This document shows positions 36,396-55,313 of a stretch of DNA of 64,000 nucleotides, piece after piece (within the stretch, counting starts at the first letter, position 1; every line of letters begins with the position of its first letter). Source of the stretch: an uncultured Acidobacteriota bacterium (GTDB taxonomy: Bacteria; Acidobacteriota; Terriglobia; Terriglobales; Acidobacteriaceae). Position numbers and translations under genes: made by a program. The notes beneath the pieces are model-generated. The model had not been told where the DNA came from, searched no databases, and was given only the letters and a program-made list of their open reading frames with translations. The DNA is taken from positions 197,468 through 261,467 of the forward strand of contig CAWIQL010000003.1 in the NCBI GenBank assembly GCA_963838255.1, given 5' to 3'.

Positions 36396-38831
36396 ATGTT
36401 TCAGCGCCACGCCATCTGGGGAGATATTCGCTACGCCTTCCGCGTCATGGGCCGTACGCCTCTGTTTACGGCCACGGTGGTTCTCACGGTCGCGATCGCC
36501 ATTGCCGCTAATGCCACCATCTTCACCGTAGTGAACGCGGTCATGATCCGCGCGCTGCCCTTCGACGAACCCAACCGGATCATGCAGGTGGCCGAAAAAA
36601 ACGAGAAGCTCAACCTGCCGACATTCTCCGCCTCCATACTGAATTTTCTTTCCTGGCGCGAGCAGACGCAGTCGTTCGAGCAACTTGCCGGAGTCGGCTA
36701 CGCCACCTTCACGCTCAGCGGATCCGGCGAGCCCGAACAACTCACCGGCAACACCATCAGCCCGGCGCTGGCCCAGGTGCTCGGAACCCGCCCGCTCGCG
36801 GGACGAAACTTCACCGCGGACGAGGAAAAGCCCGGCGGCCCAACCGTCGCCATGATCGGCGAGGGACTGTGGAAGCGCCGCTTTGCCTCCGACCCCAATC
36901 TCGTCGGCCGCACCATTTCGCTCGACGGAGCGCCCACCACCGTCGTCGGCATCGCGCCCGACTCTGTGAAACTCATTGCCGGCGGCGATATCTATACCCC
37001 GCTCATCATCGATCCCGCCAAACAGCTTCGCCTGAACCACGTGATCATCGTTTTCGGCAAGCTGCGGCCCGGCGTGTCGCCGCAGCAGGCGCAGGCGGAG
37101 ATGGATACGATTTCCGCCAGCGTCGGCAGGCAATATCCGGAAGTCCGCTATTGGGGCATTCATCTCATCAGCTTGTTCGATACCTTCGTCACCCCGGATC
37201 TGAAAACCGGATTACTAGTTTTGCAAGTCGCCGTTGTGTTTGTGCTGCTGATTGCCTGTGCCAACATTGCGAACTTGCTGCTGGCGCGTGCCGCCACGCG
37301 CCAGAAGGAAATGGCCGTGCGCACCGCGCTGGGCGCCACGCGCGGTCAACTCATTCGTCAGCTTCTGGTGGAGAGCGTCGCGCTTGCCGTCCTCGGCGGC
37401 ACGGCTGGCTTGCTGGCCGCTGTGGGCGCCGTCCGCCTGCTCATGCGCTCCTTGCCCGCGGGAACCTTGCCCATCCCCGATATCGCCGTCGACTCCCGCG
37501 TATTGTGGTTCAGCTTCGCGCTGACCATTGCCACCGGCCTGCTGTTTGGCTTCGCACCGGCCTGGCGCGTCGCCACGGTCAAAGCCAACGACATGCTGAA
37601 AGAGGCAGGCCGAGGCTCAACCGGCGGTATCCGCAGCTGGCTGCGCGACAGCCTGGCCGCGGCCGAAATCGCGCTAGCCGCCGTTCTGCTGATTGGCGCA
37701 GGCTTGCTGATCCAAAGTCTCGCCAACCTGCAACGCGTGCCCCTCGGCTTCGATCCTCAGGGACTGATGACTTTTCAGCTCGCCCCGCCCGTCGCGCAAT
37801 ATCCGCTGGCCGACAAAGGCCCAGCACTTTATCACTCGCTGATCGAGAATCTGAATTCCATCCCCGGAGTAAGCGGTGCCGCTGTATGCAGCGGTATTCC
37901 CTTCGGCGCCGGAAATCGCGCCCGGCATCCTATGATCACCACCGACGCCTCCGTGTTGCCTCCAGGAACGGCCGTTCCCGTTGACTGGACCAGCATCAGC
38001 CCCGGTTATTTCGATACCATGCACATTCCGCTGCTGCGTGGCCGCACCTTCACAGATGCTGATGTCCGTACCTCGCAGCTGGTCATGATCGTCAGCCAAT
38101 CGACCGCCCAGAGATTCTTTGGCGATGCCAACCCGCTCGGCCGATCCCTGCGCCCCAGCGCCAAGCCGGAAATCGCCTACACCATCATCGGAGTCGTCGG
38201 CGACGTCCGCGACGAGGCCCTGAACCAACAGACCCCAACGCTTTACTATGCGATCCCGCAGCGCGGCTCCTGGCCGCTCATGGATATTGTCGTTCGTGCC
38301 GAAGTTGGCAGCAGCGCCCGCCCCGACCCAGCCGCGCTGATGCCGTCGATTCGCCAGCGCATTCACGACATGGATGCCGGCCTCGCCCTGGCCAACGTCA
38401 ACTCGATGGATCAATTACTCTCGAACAGCGCCGCTCAGCCCCGGCTCAACACCGTGCTGCTCGCGGCCTTCGCCGCCGTGGCGCTGCTGATTGCGGCCAT
38501 CGGAATCTACGGCGTGCTCGCCTATTCGGTAAACCTGCGCACGCGTGAGATCGGTCTGCGGGTCGCTCTAGGTGCAACGCCGCGCAGCGTTTTGCAGCTG
38601 ATCGTCGGCCAAGGGATGAAGGTAGCGCTGATCGGTGTCGGCCTCGGTCTGGTCGGCGGACTGGCTCTCGGCCGCGCCGTCTCCAGCCTGGTGTTCGGCG
38701 TGCCGGTCCGCGACCCGGCAACCTTCACTCTGGTCGCGTTCGCCTTGACCCTGGTCGCACTCGCCGCCTGCATCATCCCCGCCCGCCGCGCCGCCCGCGT
38801 CGATCCCATGGTCGCGCTGCGGGAAGAGTAA
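36396..38831 (+). CDS. duplicated MacB/FtsX-type ABC transporter permease (ADOP family)
   Basis: 811 aa. N-terminus IRYAFRVMGRTPLFTATVVLTVAIAIAANATIF and two FtsX-like 4-TM modules. Typical acidobacterial duplicated orphan permease architecture. Confidence 0.85.
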   Translation: MFQRHAIWGDIRYAFRVMGRTPLFTATVVLTVAIAIAANATIFTVVNAVMIRALPFDEPNRIMQVAEKNEKLNLPTFSASILNFLSWREQTQSFEQLAGVGYATFTLSGSGEPEQLTGNTISPALAQVLGTRPLAGRNFTADEEKPGGPTVAMIGEGLWKRRFASDPNLVGRTISLDGAPTTVVGIAPDSVKLIAGGDIYTPLIIDPAKQLRLNHVIIVFGKLRPGVSPQQAQAEMDTISASVGRQYPEVRYWGIHLISLFDTFVTPDLKTGLLVLQVAVVFVLLIACANIANLLLARAATRQKEMAVRTALGATRGQLIRQLLVESVALAVLGGTAGLLAAVGAVRLLMRSLPAGTLPIPDIAVDSRVLWFSFALTIATGLLFGFAPAWRVATVKANDMLKEAGRGSTGGIRSWLRDSLAAAEIALAAVLLIGAGLLIQSLANLQRVPLGFDPQGLMTFQLAPPVAQYPLADKGPALYHSLIENLNSIPGVSGAAVCSGIPFGAGNRARHPMITTDASVLPPGTAVPVDWTSISPGYFDTMHIPLLRGRTFTDADVRTSQLVMIVSQSTAQRFFGDANPLGRSLRPSAKPEIAYTIIGVVGDVRDEALNQQTPTLYYAIPQRGSWPLMDIVVRAEVGSSARPDPAALMPSIRQRIHDMDAGLALANVNSMDQLLSNSAAQPRLNTVLLAAFAAVALLIAAIGIYGVLAYSVNLRTREIGLRVALGATPRSVLQLIVGQGMKVALIGVGLGLVGGLALGRAVSSLVFGVPVRDPATFTLVAFALTLVALAACIIPARRAARVDPMVALREE

Positions 38832-38845
38832 GAGTAAGCGTGCCC

Positions 38846-39017
38846 TGTCATCCTGAACCGTGGCGAAGCCGCGGTGAGGGACCGTACGACAGTGTCAGCC
38901 ACGATGCAGTGGAAAAGATCGACTAATCGCCTACCATACAAACGCTCGCCGACAGCACCGACTCTGCCTGCCGACGTAAGGTCCCTCGCGCCGGCTTCGC
39001 CGCCACTCAGGATGACA
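38846..39017. repeat. 172-nt inverted-repeat element (two 38-nt arms of the TGTCATCCTGA family around a 96-nt centre)
   Basis: The left arm is 38846-38883, tgtcatcctgaaccgtggcgaagccgcggtgagggacc. The reverse complement of the right arm (38980-39017) is tgtcatcctgagtggcggcgaagccggcgcgagggacc. By hand alignment 31 of 38 positions are identical. Confidence 0.65.
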
Positions 39018-39027
39018 TCGCATCATA

Positions 39028-39059
39028 AGTTCGATCATAGTTCGATCATAGTTCGATCC
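39028..39059 (+). repeat. tandem repeat, 11-nt unit x3 (AGTTCGATCAT)
   Basis: agttcgatcat agttcgatcat agttcgatcc. Confidence 0.8.
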
Positions 39060-39212
39060 GAGCGCGACTCCACGGCGAGCCTTGCCGGCGGGAACAGAAA
39101 ACCGCCGGTTGCGCCCAAACTTCCCCTTGTGATACCTTAAATAATTGTCCCGGACATCTGGCAGGGATCAGAGGGATAAGTTTGCGCGACGGCGCGTCTT
39201 TCCCCAGGATTT

Positions 39213-39288
39213 GCTGGCGTAGCTCAGTCGGTAGAGCATCTGATTTGTAATCAGAGGGTCGGGGGTTCAAATCCCTTCGCCAGCTCCA
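39213..39288 (+). tRNA. tRNA-Thr (anticodon UGU)
   Basis: GCTGGCGTAGCTCAGTCGGTAGAGCATCTGATTTGTAATCAGAGGGTCGGGGGTTCAAATCCCTTCGCCAGCTCCA. Clean cloverleaf, CCA encoded. Confidence 0.93.
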
Positions 39289-39574
39289 GACAACGAACTC
39301 TTCTCGAGTACTAAAGAGCGAGCTGAAGAGACAGAGATTTTCCGGCAGGCGGCGGATTCAGCAGTAGCGGCGCAACAGGTTTTTCCAACGCACTCCATAT
39401 CGGTACTTTTCCGGCGTGCATCGTGATCTTCGCGGTTTCTGGCGCGATCCTTGGTTTCCCTGTGTTGCGAAAAGTGGATGGTGACTTGGTCTGCGGGTTT
39501 CCGTGAACTTTTCCGGCGGCCCTGCAGGGTGGTCTGCTGGACGGGAGCGCGACGGCCGCATCGCCCGAAAGTTT

Positions 39575-39663
39575 GCACAGGTGGGTGAGTGGTTAAAGCC
39601 AACAGACTGTAAATCTGTCCCTCCTAGCGAGGTACGAAGGTTCGAATCCTTCCCTGTGCACCA
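39575..39663 (+). tRNA. tRNA-Tyr (anticodon GUA), long variable arm
   Basis: GCACAGGTGGGTGAGTGGTTAAAGCCAACAGACTGTAAATCTGT...GAAGGTTCGAATCCTTCCCTGTGCACCA. 89 nt, CCA encoded. Confidence 0.9.
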
Positions 39664-39672
39664 TTTGATTTT

Positions 39673-39852
39673 GTGAATCGCCTGTCCATCGCGCTGCTCT
39701 GCTACGCCGTGCTGGGTGCGCTGACCTGGGCGACGATTACCGACCCGAAGATCCGGGCGGGAACGTGGTTGATCCTGGCGCTGTTTGCCCTGAAGTCGGT
39801 ACTGCGCCGCAAAGAAGTTCTGCACGCCGACAAAGGCAGCGATGCGGACTAG
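39673..39852 (+). CDS. candidate small membrane protein (59 aa, GTG start) between tRNA-Tyr and tRNA-Thr
   Basis: Hand translation gives VNRLSIALLCYAVLGALTWATITDPKIRAGTWLILALFALKSVLRRKEVLHADKGSDAD*. Third-codon positions are strongly G/C-biased, as in neighbouring genes. There are two hydrophobic helices. No obvious Shine-Dalgarno. It is below the ORF-track size cut-off. Confidence 0.35.
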   Translation: MNRLSIALLCYAVLGALTWATITDPKIRAGTWLILALFALKSVLRRKEVLHADKGSDAD

Positions 39853-39898
39853 GGTTTGCTGAGAGCTGGCAGCTGAGAGCTGACAGCTGGGTTTCAAG

Positions 39899-39974
<76 letters not shown>

Positions 39975-40060
39975 GATTGTCGTGTGGAAGGGCGGGCTGT
40001 AGCCGTGTCATCGCGGTTTTAGCTGAGAGCTGACGGCGGATAGCTGAGAGCTGGTTTTAA

Positions 40061-40135
40061 GCGGGAGTAACTCAGTGGTAGAGTCACAGCCTTCCAAGCT
40101 GTTGGTCGCGGGTTCGATTCCCGTCTCCCGCTCCA
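40061..40135 (+). tRNA. tRNA-Gly (anticodon UCC)
   Basis: GCGGGAGTAACTCAGTGGTAGAGTCACAGCCTTCCAAGCTGTTGGTCGCGGGTTCGATTCCCGTCTCCCGCTCCA. Confidence 0.93.
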
Positions 40136-40177
40136 TCGGATTGTTTTAGAAGCGAGAAGTTAAGGCAGGGTTCGAGG

Positions 40178-40528
40178 ATGACGGTGGCATTCGAGCGCGC
40201 TCCGATCAAGATTGAGAAGGCGCAAGAGTTCGCCGCGCTGCAAAAGGCGGTCGAGCACGCGTTCTTGCCGGAGCAAGCGGAGAAGTTCCTGAAGCAGCTG
40301 GACCGCAAGGGAATTCGCGTCCGGGATTTTGACGCGGTGCTGGCCCAGCGAGTGCTCGAAGGTTTCGCCGAAGCCGGATCGGATGGAGCGAAACTAGACG
40401 CGCGTGGGCTGTATGCGTCGTTGCCCGTGTCCGACCAGGCGCAGATGCGCGAGTTGTACCTGTCGAAGCTGGAGACGGTAGATCAGGCGCTGCGGCACAA
40501 GTTTAAGAAGCTGTACCAGTACTACTGA
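40178..40528 (+). CDS. hypothetical protein inserted between the tRNA cluster and tuf
   Basis: 116 aa. GAGG Shine-Dalgarno, coding-like GC3, helical sequence. No family recognised. Confidence 0.6.
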   Translation: MTVAFERAPIKIEKAQEFAALQKAVEHAFLPEQAEKFLKQLDRKGIRVRDFDAVLAQRVLEGFAEAGSDGAKLDARGLYASLPVSDQAQMRELYLSKLETVDQALRHKFKKLYQYY

Positions 40529-40585
40529 TGCTTGATGACAAGGGTTTAGCTAGAAGCTTAAGAGCTAGGAGCTAAGAGCTGAGTT

Positions 40586-41773
<1,188 letters not shown>

Positions 41774-41811
41774 GGATTTTAAGCTAAGAGCTAGAAGCTA
41801 GGAGCTGTTTC

Positions 41812-41964
41812 ATGCCCCGAGAAATTGTGACATTACAATGCGGTGACTGCAAAGAGCGGAACTATTCGACGACCAAGAACCGCAAGACGACGACCGAGCG
41901 GCTGGAATTCAAGAAATTCTGCCGCCGTTGCCGCAAGCACACGCCGCATAAAGAAGTGAAATAA
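41812..41964 (+). CDS. rpmG: 50S ribosomal protein L33
   Basis: Hand translation gives [55 protein letters not shown] Shine-Dalgarno. Canonical tuf-rpmG-tRNA-Trp-secE order. Confidence 0.9.
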   Translation: MPREIVTLQCGDCKERNYSTTKNRKTTTERLEFKKFCRRCRKHTPHKEVK

Positions 41965-42043
41965 TTGTTGATTGCTGATTTTTGATTGTTGATTGAGGCG
42001 CGGTTTTTCAATCAACAATCATCAATCACAAAATCAACAATGC
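41965..42043 (+). repeat. AT-rich imperfect long hairpin built from TTGATTG-type words
   Basis: ttgttgattgctgatttttgattgttgattga / ggcgcggttt / ttcaatcaacaatcatcaatcacaaaatcaacaa. The arms are roughly complementary over about 33 nt. Confidence 0.6.
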
Positions 42044-42046
42044 AAC

Positions 42047-42122
42047 AGGGGCGTAAGCTCAACGGTTAAACTGTCGGTCTCCAAAACCGAACTTGGGGGT
42101 TCGAATCCCTCCGCCCCTGCCA
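42047..42122 (+). tRNA. tRNA-Trp (anticodon CCA)
   Basis: AGGGGCGTAAGCTCAACGGTTAAACTGTCGGTCTCCAAAACCGAACTTGGGGGTTCGAATCCCTCCGCCCCTGCCA. Confidence 0.88.
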
Positions 42123-42179
42123 GAGTTTTTGGAGAGAGCAAGCGGGAAGCCAGCTGTAAGCAGGAAGCCAGGAGCAGTG

Positions 42180-42455
42180 ATGTCAGTCGAAACGAAGGAA
42201 AGGTCGAACTCAATTATGGCAGCCGGTGGAAGCTTTGGCGACCAGATCAAGTCCTGGCCGGAGCGCATTAAGACGTTCTATAACGACGTGCGCACCGAAA
42301 TGCGCAAGGTCACTGCGCCCACCTGGAAAGAGGTTCGCGCCACCACCACGGTGGTCGTCATCACGGTTTTCATTTTCGCGCTGTACTTCGCCGTGATCGA
42401 CTTCGTGATTCAGCGCGGCGTTACGGCTCTGTTTAAGGCTTTCAGGGCTGGCTGA
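42180..42455 (+). CDS. secE: preprotein translocase subunit SecE
   Basis: ATG at 42180 follows AGGAG. Contains [47 protein letters not shown] and lies upstream of nusG. Confidence 0.82.
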   Translation: MSVETKERSNSIMAAGGSFGDQIKSWPERIKTFYNDVRTEMRKVTAPTWKEVRATTTVVVITVFIFALYFAVIDFVIQRGVTALFKAFRAG

Positions 42456-42516
42456 CGCGCTCACAGACGAGCCGCTGAGCCAGAAGAAACGGCTGGCCGG
42501 GAAGAAGCACTCAACT

Positions 42517-43155
42517 ATGCAGGACGAAGAAAAAATCGAAGCAGTCGCAAGCGGAGAAGCCGAGCAGCATTCTCCCGCCGCCGACAGTGCCACCACGGCC
42601 ACCGCCGAGGCGCCCAAGAACCCGAACATGAAGTGGTACATCATCCACTCCTACTCGGGCTTTGAGCGCAAGGTGAAAGAGTCGCTGGAGTCGCGGGTCG
42701 CGGCCTTCGGGCTGCAAGACAAGATCGGCAAAGTGCTGATCCCCACCGAGTCAGTTACCGAAGTGCGCGGCGGCAAGAAGTACACCTCCGAGCGCATGTT
42801 CTATCCCGGCTACGTGCTGGTTGAAATGGACATGGACGATCACGTCTGGCACGTCGTCAAATCGACGCCGCGCGTTACCGGATTCGTCGGCACCGGCCAG
42901 CAGCCCACGCCGCTGTCCGAGGAAGAAGTCCAGCACATTGTCTATAAAGTCGCCGACAGCCGCGAGAAGCCGAAGCTCAAGGTTAAGTTTGAGAAAAACG
43001 AATCGGTCCGCATCACCGAAGGCCCGTTCGCCAGCTTCACCGGCATCGTGGACGAAGTGAACGAAGATCGCGAAACCTTGAAAGTCATGGTGACAATTTT
43101 CGGCCGCTCCACCCCGGTCGAACTCGAGTTCAACCAGGTGGAAAAGGTAGCGTAG
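42517..43155 (+). CDS. nusG: transcription termination/antitermination factor NusG
   Basis: [20 protein letters not shown] (NGN domain) and a C-terminal KOW ([18 protein letters not shown]). About 35 aa of acidic N-terminal extension. Confidence 0.93.
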   Translation: MQDEEKIEAVASGEAEQHSPAADSATTATAEAPKNPNMKWYIIHSYSGFERKVKESLESRVAAFGLQDKIGKVLIPTESVTEVRGGKKYTSERMFYPGYVLVEMDMDDHVWHVVKSTPRVTGFVGTGQQPTPLSEEEVQHIVYKVADSREKPKLKVKFEKNESVRITEGPFASFTGIVDEVNEDRETLKVMVTIFGRSTPVELEFNQVEKVA

Positions 43156-43301
43156 GTTTTGTGGAAGGGCGCGGCTTTAGCCGTGCCGTAAGAAGCCATC
43201 GCGAAACGGGGGCGTTAGCCCCTGGAGTTTTAAGAAGCAAAAAAGTCCGCAGATCGTTGAGCCGAAAAACCTAGACTCACGCTGCCGACGGAAGAGAGAT
43301 C

Positions 43302-43733
43302 ATGGCAAAGAAAGTTACAGGTTACGTAAAGCTGCAGATCGCCGCCGGCAAGGCGACTCCGGCGCCTCCGGTCGGTCCCGCGCTCGGCCAGGCCCAGATC
43401 AACATCATGGAGTTCTGCAAGCAGTTCAACGCCAGAACCAACCAGAAGGAAATGGAGGGCCTGATCATTCCGGTCGTGGTCTCGGTCTACAGCGACCGTT
43501 CCTTCACCTTCATCACCAAGACGCCTCCGGCCTCGATCCTGTTGAAGCGCGCCGCCGGTATCGCCAAGGGATCGGGTGTGCCGAACAAAGACAAGGTCGG
43601 CAAAGTCACGGCCCGCCAGATCGAGGACATCGCAAAACAAAAGATGCCCGACCTGAACGCCGCCTCGGTCGAGACCGCGATCAAGAGCATTCGTGGCACC
43701 GCACGTTCGATGGGCATCGAAGTCGTTGGATAG
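43302..43733 (+). CDS. rplK: 50S ribosomal protein L11
   Basis: [30 protein letters not shown]... Confidence 0.97.
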   Translation: MAKKVTGYVKLQIAAGKATPAPPVGPALGQAQINIMEFCKQFNARTNQKEMEGLIIPVVVSVYSDRSFTFITKTPPASILLKRAAGIAKGSGVPNKDKVGKVTARQIEDIAKQKMPDLNAASVETAIKSIRGTARSMGIEVVG

Positions 43734-43825
43734 ATCAATTTTGTAGAGACGCAGCTTGCTGCGTCTCTGTCGAAACCACCACGGCTCCCGGAGCACTGAG
43801 GGCGGTGGGAGACAAGGAAAAAGCA

Positions 43826-44536
43826 ATGAGCAAAAAAGAAGGAAAGAACATCGCCAAGGCGCACTCCGCAGTCGAGAAGCGCCCCTACATTCTGCAGGAC
43901 GCCGTTCCTCTCCTGCAGAAAGTCAAGTTCGCCAAGTTCGACGAAACCGTTGAAGTCACCCTGCGCCTGGGAGTCGATCCCAAGCATGCCGACCAGATGG
44001 TCCGCGGCACAGTCGTCCTGCCGCACGGCCTGGGCAAATCGAAAAAGGTCCTGGTTATTGCCACCGGCGACAAGATTAAAGAAGCGGAAGCGGCCGGAGC
44101 CGATTTCTTCGGCGGCGAAGAGATGGTCGAGAAGATCACCAAAGAGAATTGGACGGACTTCGACGCCCTCATCGCCACGCCGGACGTGATGAAATCCGTC
44201 GGACGTCTGGGTAAAGTTCTCGGTCCCAAGGGCCTGATGCCCAATCCCAAGACCGGCACCGTCACCTTCGACGTCGGCAAGGCCGTGCAGGAAGTGAAGG
44301 CCGGCAAGGTCGAATTCCGCACCGACAAGACGGCGCTCGTGCACTGTCCGGTCGGCAAGATTTCGTTCCCGGCGCAAAAGCTGATCGAGAACGCGACCAC
44401 GGTCATCACCAGCGTCATCAAGGCCAAGCCGTCGGTTGCCAAAGGCAAATACATCAAGGGCTGCTTCCTGAGTTCGACCATGGGTCCGGGGATTTCTCTG
44501 GACGTGACTCCGATCGAGACGGCCGCGAAGGCTTAA
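43826..44536 (+). CDS. rplA: 50S ribosomal protein L1
   Basis: ...[34 protein letters not shown]... ATG at 43826; the track ORF starts at a GTG at 43805. Confidence 0.95.
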   Translation: MSKKEGKNIAKAHSAVEKRPYILQDAVPLLQKVKFAKFDETVEVTLRLGVDPKHADQMVRGTVVLPHGLGKSKKVLVIATGDKIKEAEAAGADFFGGEEMVEKITKENWTDFDALIATPDVMKSVGRLGKVLGPKGLMPNPKTGTVTFDVGKAVQEVKAGKVEFRTDKTALVHCPVGKISFPAQKLIENATTVITSVIKAKPSVAKGKYIKGCFLSSTMGPGISLDVTPIETAAKA

Positions 44537-44609
44537 TTTTGTGTGGGGACGGCCGCATTCGGCCGTCCGAGCGCTTCAGCGCTCAGAGATCATTTACGAG
44601 GATTCGACA

Positions 44610-45143
44610 ATGGCGGTTACTAGAGCAAAGAAAACAGCGCAGGTCGAGAAGCTGAGCAAAGACCTGAAGAACGTCTCAAACATCGTGGTCGCGACTTACA
44701 CCAAGATGACCGTACCCCAGGACTACGAACTGCGCAAGGTTCTGCGCGGCGCGGGCGCGAAGTACCAGGTCGTCAAGAACACGCTGGCCGAAAAGGCCGC
44801 CAAGGGCACCAAGGTTGAGGGCGCATTGAAAGACCTCGCTGGCGTGACCTCGATTGCCTACACCACCGGCGATCCGGTCGCGATGGCCAAAGCGCTGACC
44901 AAGTACGCCAAAGACATGCCCGAGTTCACCTTCAAGATCGGCGTGGTCGAAGGCAAGGTCATCAACATTAAAGAGATTGAAGCGCTGGCGACCATGCCGT
45001 CGAAGGAAGAGCTGTATTCCAAGCTCCTGTTCCTGTTGAGCGCGCCGGCGCAGCGTCTGGTCACCGCCATGGGCGCGGTTGGCCGCAACCTGGCCGTCGT
45101 GGTCGATCAGGGCGTGCAGCAGAAGAAGTTCAAAGAAGTGTAG
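44610..45143 (+). CDS. rplJ: 50S ribosomal protein L10
   Basis: ATG at 44610 follows GAGGA. MAVTRAKKTAQVEKLSKDLKNVSNIVVATYTKMTVPQ... Confidence 0.93.
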   Translation: MAVTRAKKTAQVEKLSKDLKNVSNIVVATYTKMTVPQDYELRKVLRGAGAKYQVVKNTLAEKAAKGTKVEGALKDLAGVTSIAYTTGDPVAMAKALTKYAKDMPEFTFKIGVVEGKVINIKEIEALATMPSKEELYSKLLFLLSAPAQRLVTAMGAVGRNLAVVVDQGVQQKKFKEV

Positions 45144-45393
45144 TTCGTGTGGGGACGGACGCATTCGTCCGTTCCGCGAGCGCAGCGAGCGTGGTTGTTG
45201 CCGGCAGAGTCGAAGAAGCTGGCAGGCAGCAAAAGGTTTGGTTGTCCAAAACTCAGGGGTTGCGCGGTCGATTCCAAGCGTTGTCTGGCGCGAGGAATTT
45301 GAGGACCTGGACGCACTGGAAACCTGATTTGCGGATGACGAAAGCAAGACGAAAAGGTAAAGACAAAGAATTCAAACACACTGGAGAACTAAC

Positions 45394-45774
45394 ATGGCAG
45401 ATCTGGCACAAATCGAAGAATCAATCGTAGGCCTGTCGCTTCTGGAAGCGGCGGAACTGGTCAAGAAGCTGGAATCGCGTCTGGGCGTTTCCGCGGCGGC
45501 AGCGGCCCCGGTCATGGTGGCTGGCGGCGGCGGAGCGGCAGCAGCAGCTCCGGCCGAAGAGAAGACCGAATTCACCGTCGTCCTCAAGGAAGTCGGCGCC
45601 AACAAAATCAACGTGATCAAGGCCGTCCGCGAAGTCACCAGCCTGGGCTTGAAAGAAGCCAAGGAACTGGTCGACGGAGCTCCCAAGAACATCAAAGAGG
45701 GTGTCTCCAAGGACGAAGCTGAGACCATCAAGAAGAAGTTCACCGAAGCCGGCGCTGTTGTCGAAGTGAAGTAG
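45394..45774 (+). CDS. rplL: 50S ribosomal protein L7/L12
   Basis: ...[26 protein letters not shown]..., an Ala/Gly hinge, then [28 protein letters not shown]. Confidence 0.97.
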   Translation: MADLAQIEESIVGLSLLEAAELVKKLESRLGVSAAAAAPVMVAGGGGAAAAAPAEEKTEFTVVLKEVGANKINVIKAVREVTSLGLKEAKELVDGAPKNIKEGVSKDEAETIKKKFTEAGAVVEVK

Positions 45775-46294
45775 CAGCGTTTTGCGGGCGTGAGCGAAGC
45801 GGGAGCCCGCAGCCGCTATTCCGAGCGTTCTTCGCGAGGGATCTCAGGCTGCCCAAGCCCCGTTCTAGTCGATTCCGCACCGACATCGGTGCAAAATCGA
45901 TTATGTTGCACGTTCCTACTTGTGAACCCCGGGCGGCGATGTTAGCATCTATATAACGTCGCCTTCCCCGGGACTCACTCGAGCGCGAGCGGGTCTCGCG
46001 AGAGAAGTTTTGGGCACGCTGCTCCGCAGGCAGGCGGGGCGGAAACAGGCAGAACTGGCGCGAAAGATTTCAAATCAAGAAGGGCGAAACGCCTTGGTTG
46101 GCGTCTGCGGGAACGACTGTCCCTGCGGGCGCCCCGCTGTCTTTTAGGTTCCAGGTCTTAAGCTTCATGGTTTTCCCGGTTCGACACACGGTGTTGCACG
46201 AGTAATTCCCGCGGCGCGCAGACTAACGGCGCGCCCCACATTCCGCAGTTCTAGCGTGGCCTTCGGCCGCGCGTGAGATTGGGAGTTTCTGACG

Positions 46295-50755
<4,461 letters not shown>

Positions 50756-50939
50756 GAGCTAGGGGTCAGTGGCCAGTGGTCAGTGGCCAGCAACACACAC
50801 TGACACTGGCTGCGACCATAGCGAAAGTTTTGAAGAAACGTTCCGCGGGGCAAGAGCTCTCGGCCACCGCGAAACATAAAACACTGGCTACTGATCACTG
50901 ATCACTGGCCACTGCGAGAGCAGGAAGCGGAGGACCACC

Positions 50940-55142
<4,203 letters not shown>

Positions 55143-55162
55143 CTAAATCGGAAGCCAGTGCC

Positions 55163-55184
55163 GGGGGCGATTCATTTCGCCCCC
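55163..55184 (+). terminator. hairpin downstream of rpoC (candidate terminator)
   Basis: gggggcga ttcatt tcgccccc, 21 nt after the rpoC stop. The following tract is not clearly U-rich. Confidence 0.45.
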
Positions 55185-55313
55185 GCACCTGCTTCTGGCG
55201 GTTCTTAACTACAAATGCACGCTACCCCCCAGCGATTGCGCCTTGAAGATAACGAGCCCCCTCCACTTCCTTCTTTGCGTCCCGCCCCTCCCGGCCCTAA
55301 GCTAGAGCAGAGC

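Noticed and set aside
39289-39574. A possible second small membrane ORF (..IGTFPACIVIFAVSGAILGFPVLRKVDGDLVCGFP*) in the tRNA-Thr/tRNA-Tyr spacer.
   Set aside because: I found no ATG, GTG or TTG start upstream of the hydrophobic segment in that frame, and GC3 bias is only moderate. Not called.
45149-45430. A 93-aa ORF spanning the rplJ-rplL spacer and running into rplL.
   Set aside because: It starts inside the post-rplJ hairpin repeat, overlaps the rplL start in another frame, and is basic low complexity. The spacer is treated as non-coding, but its unusual length is flagged in the findings.
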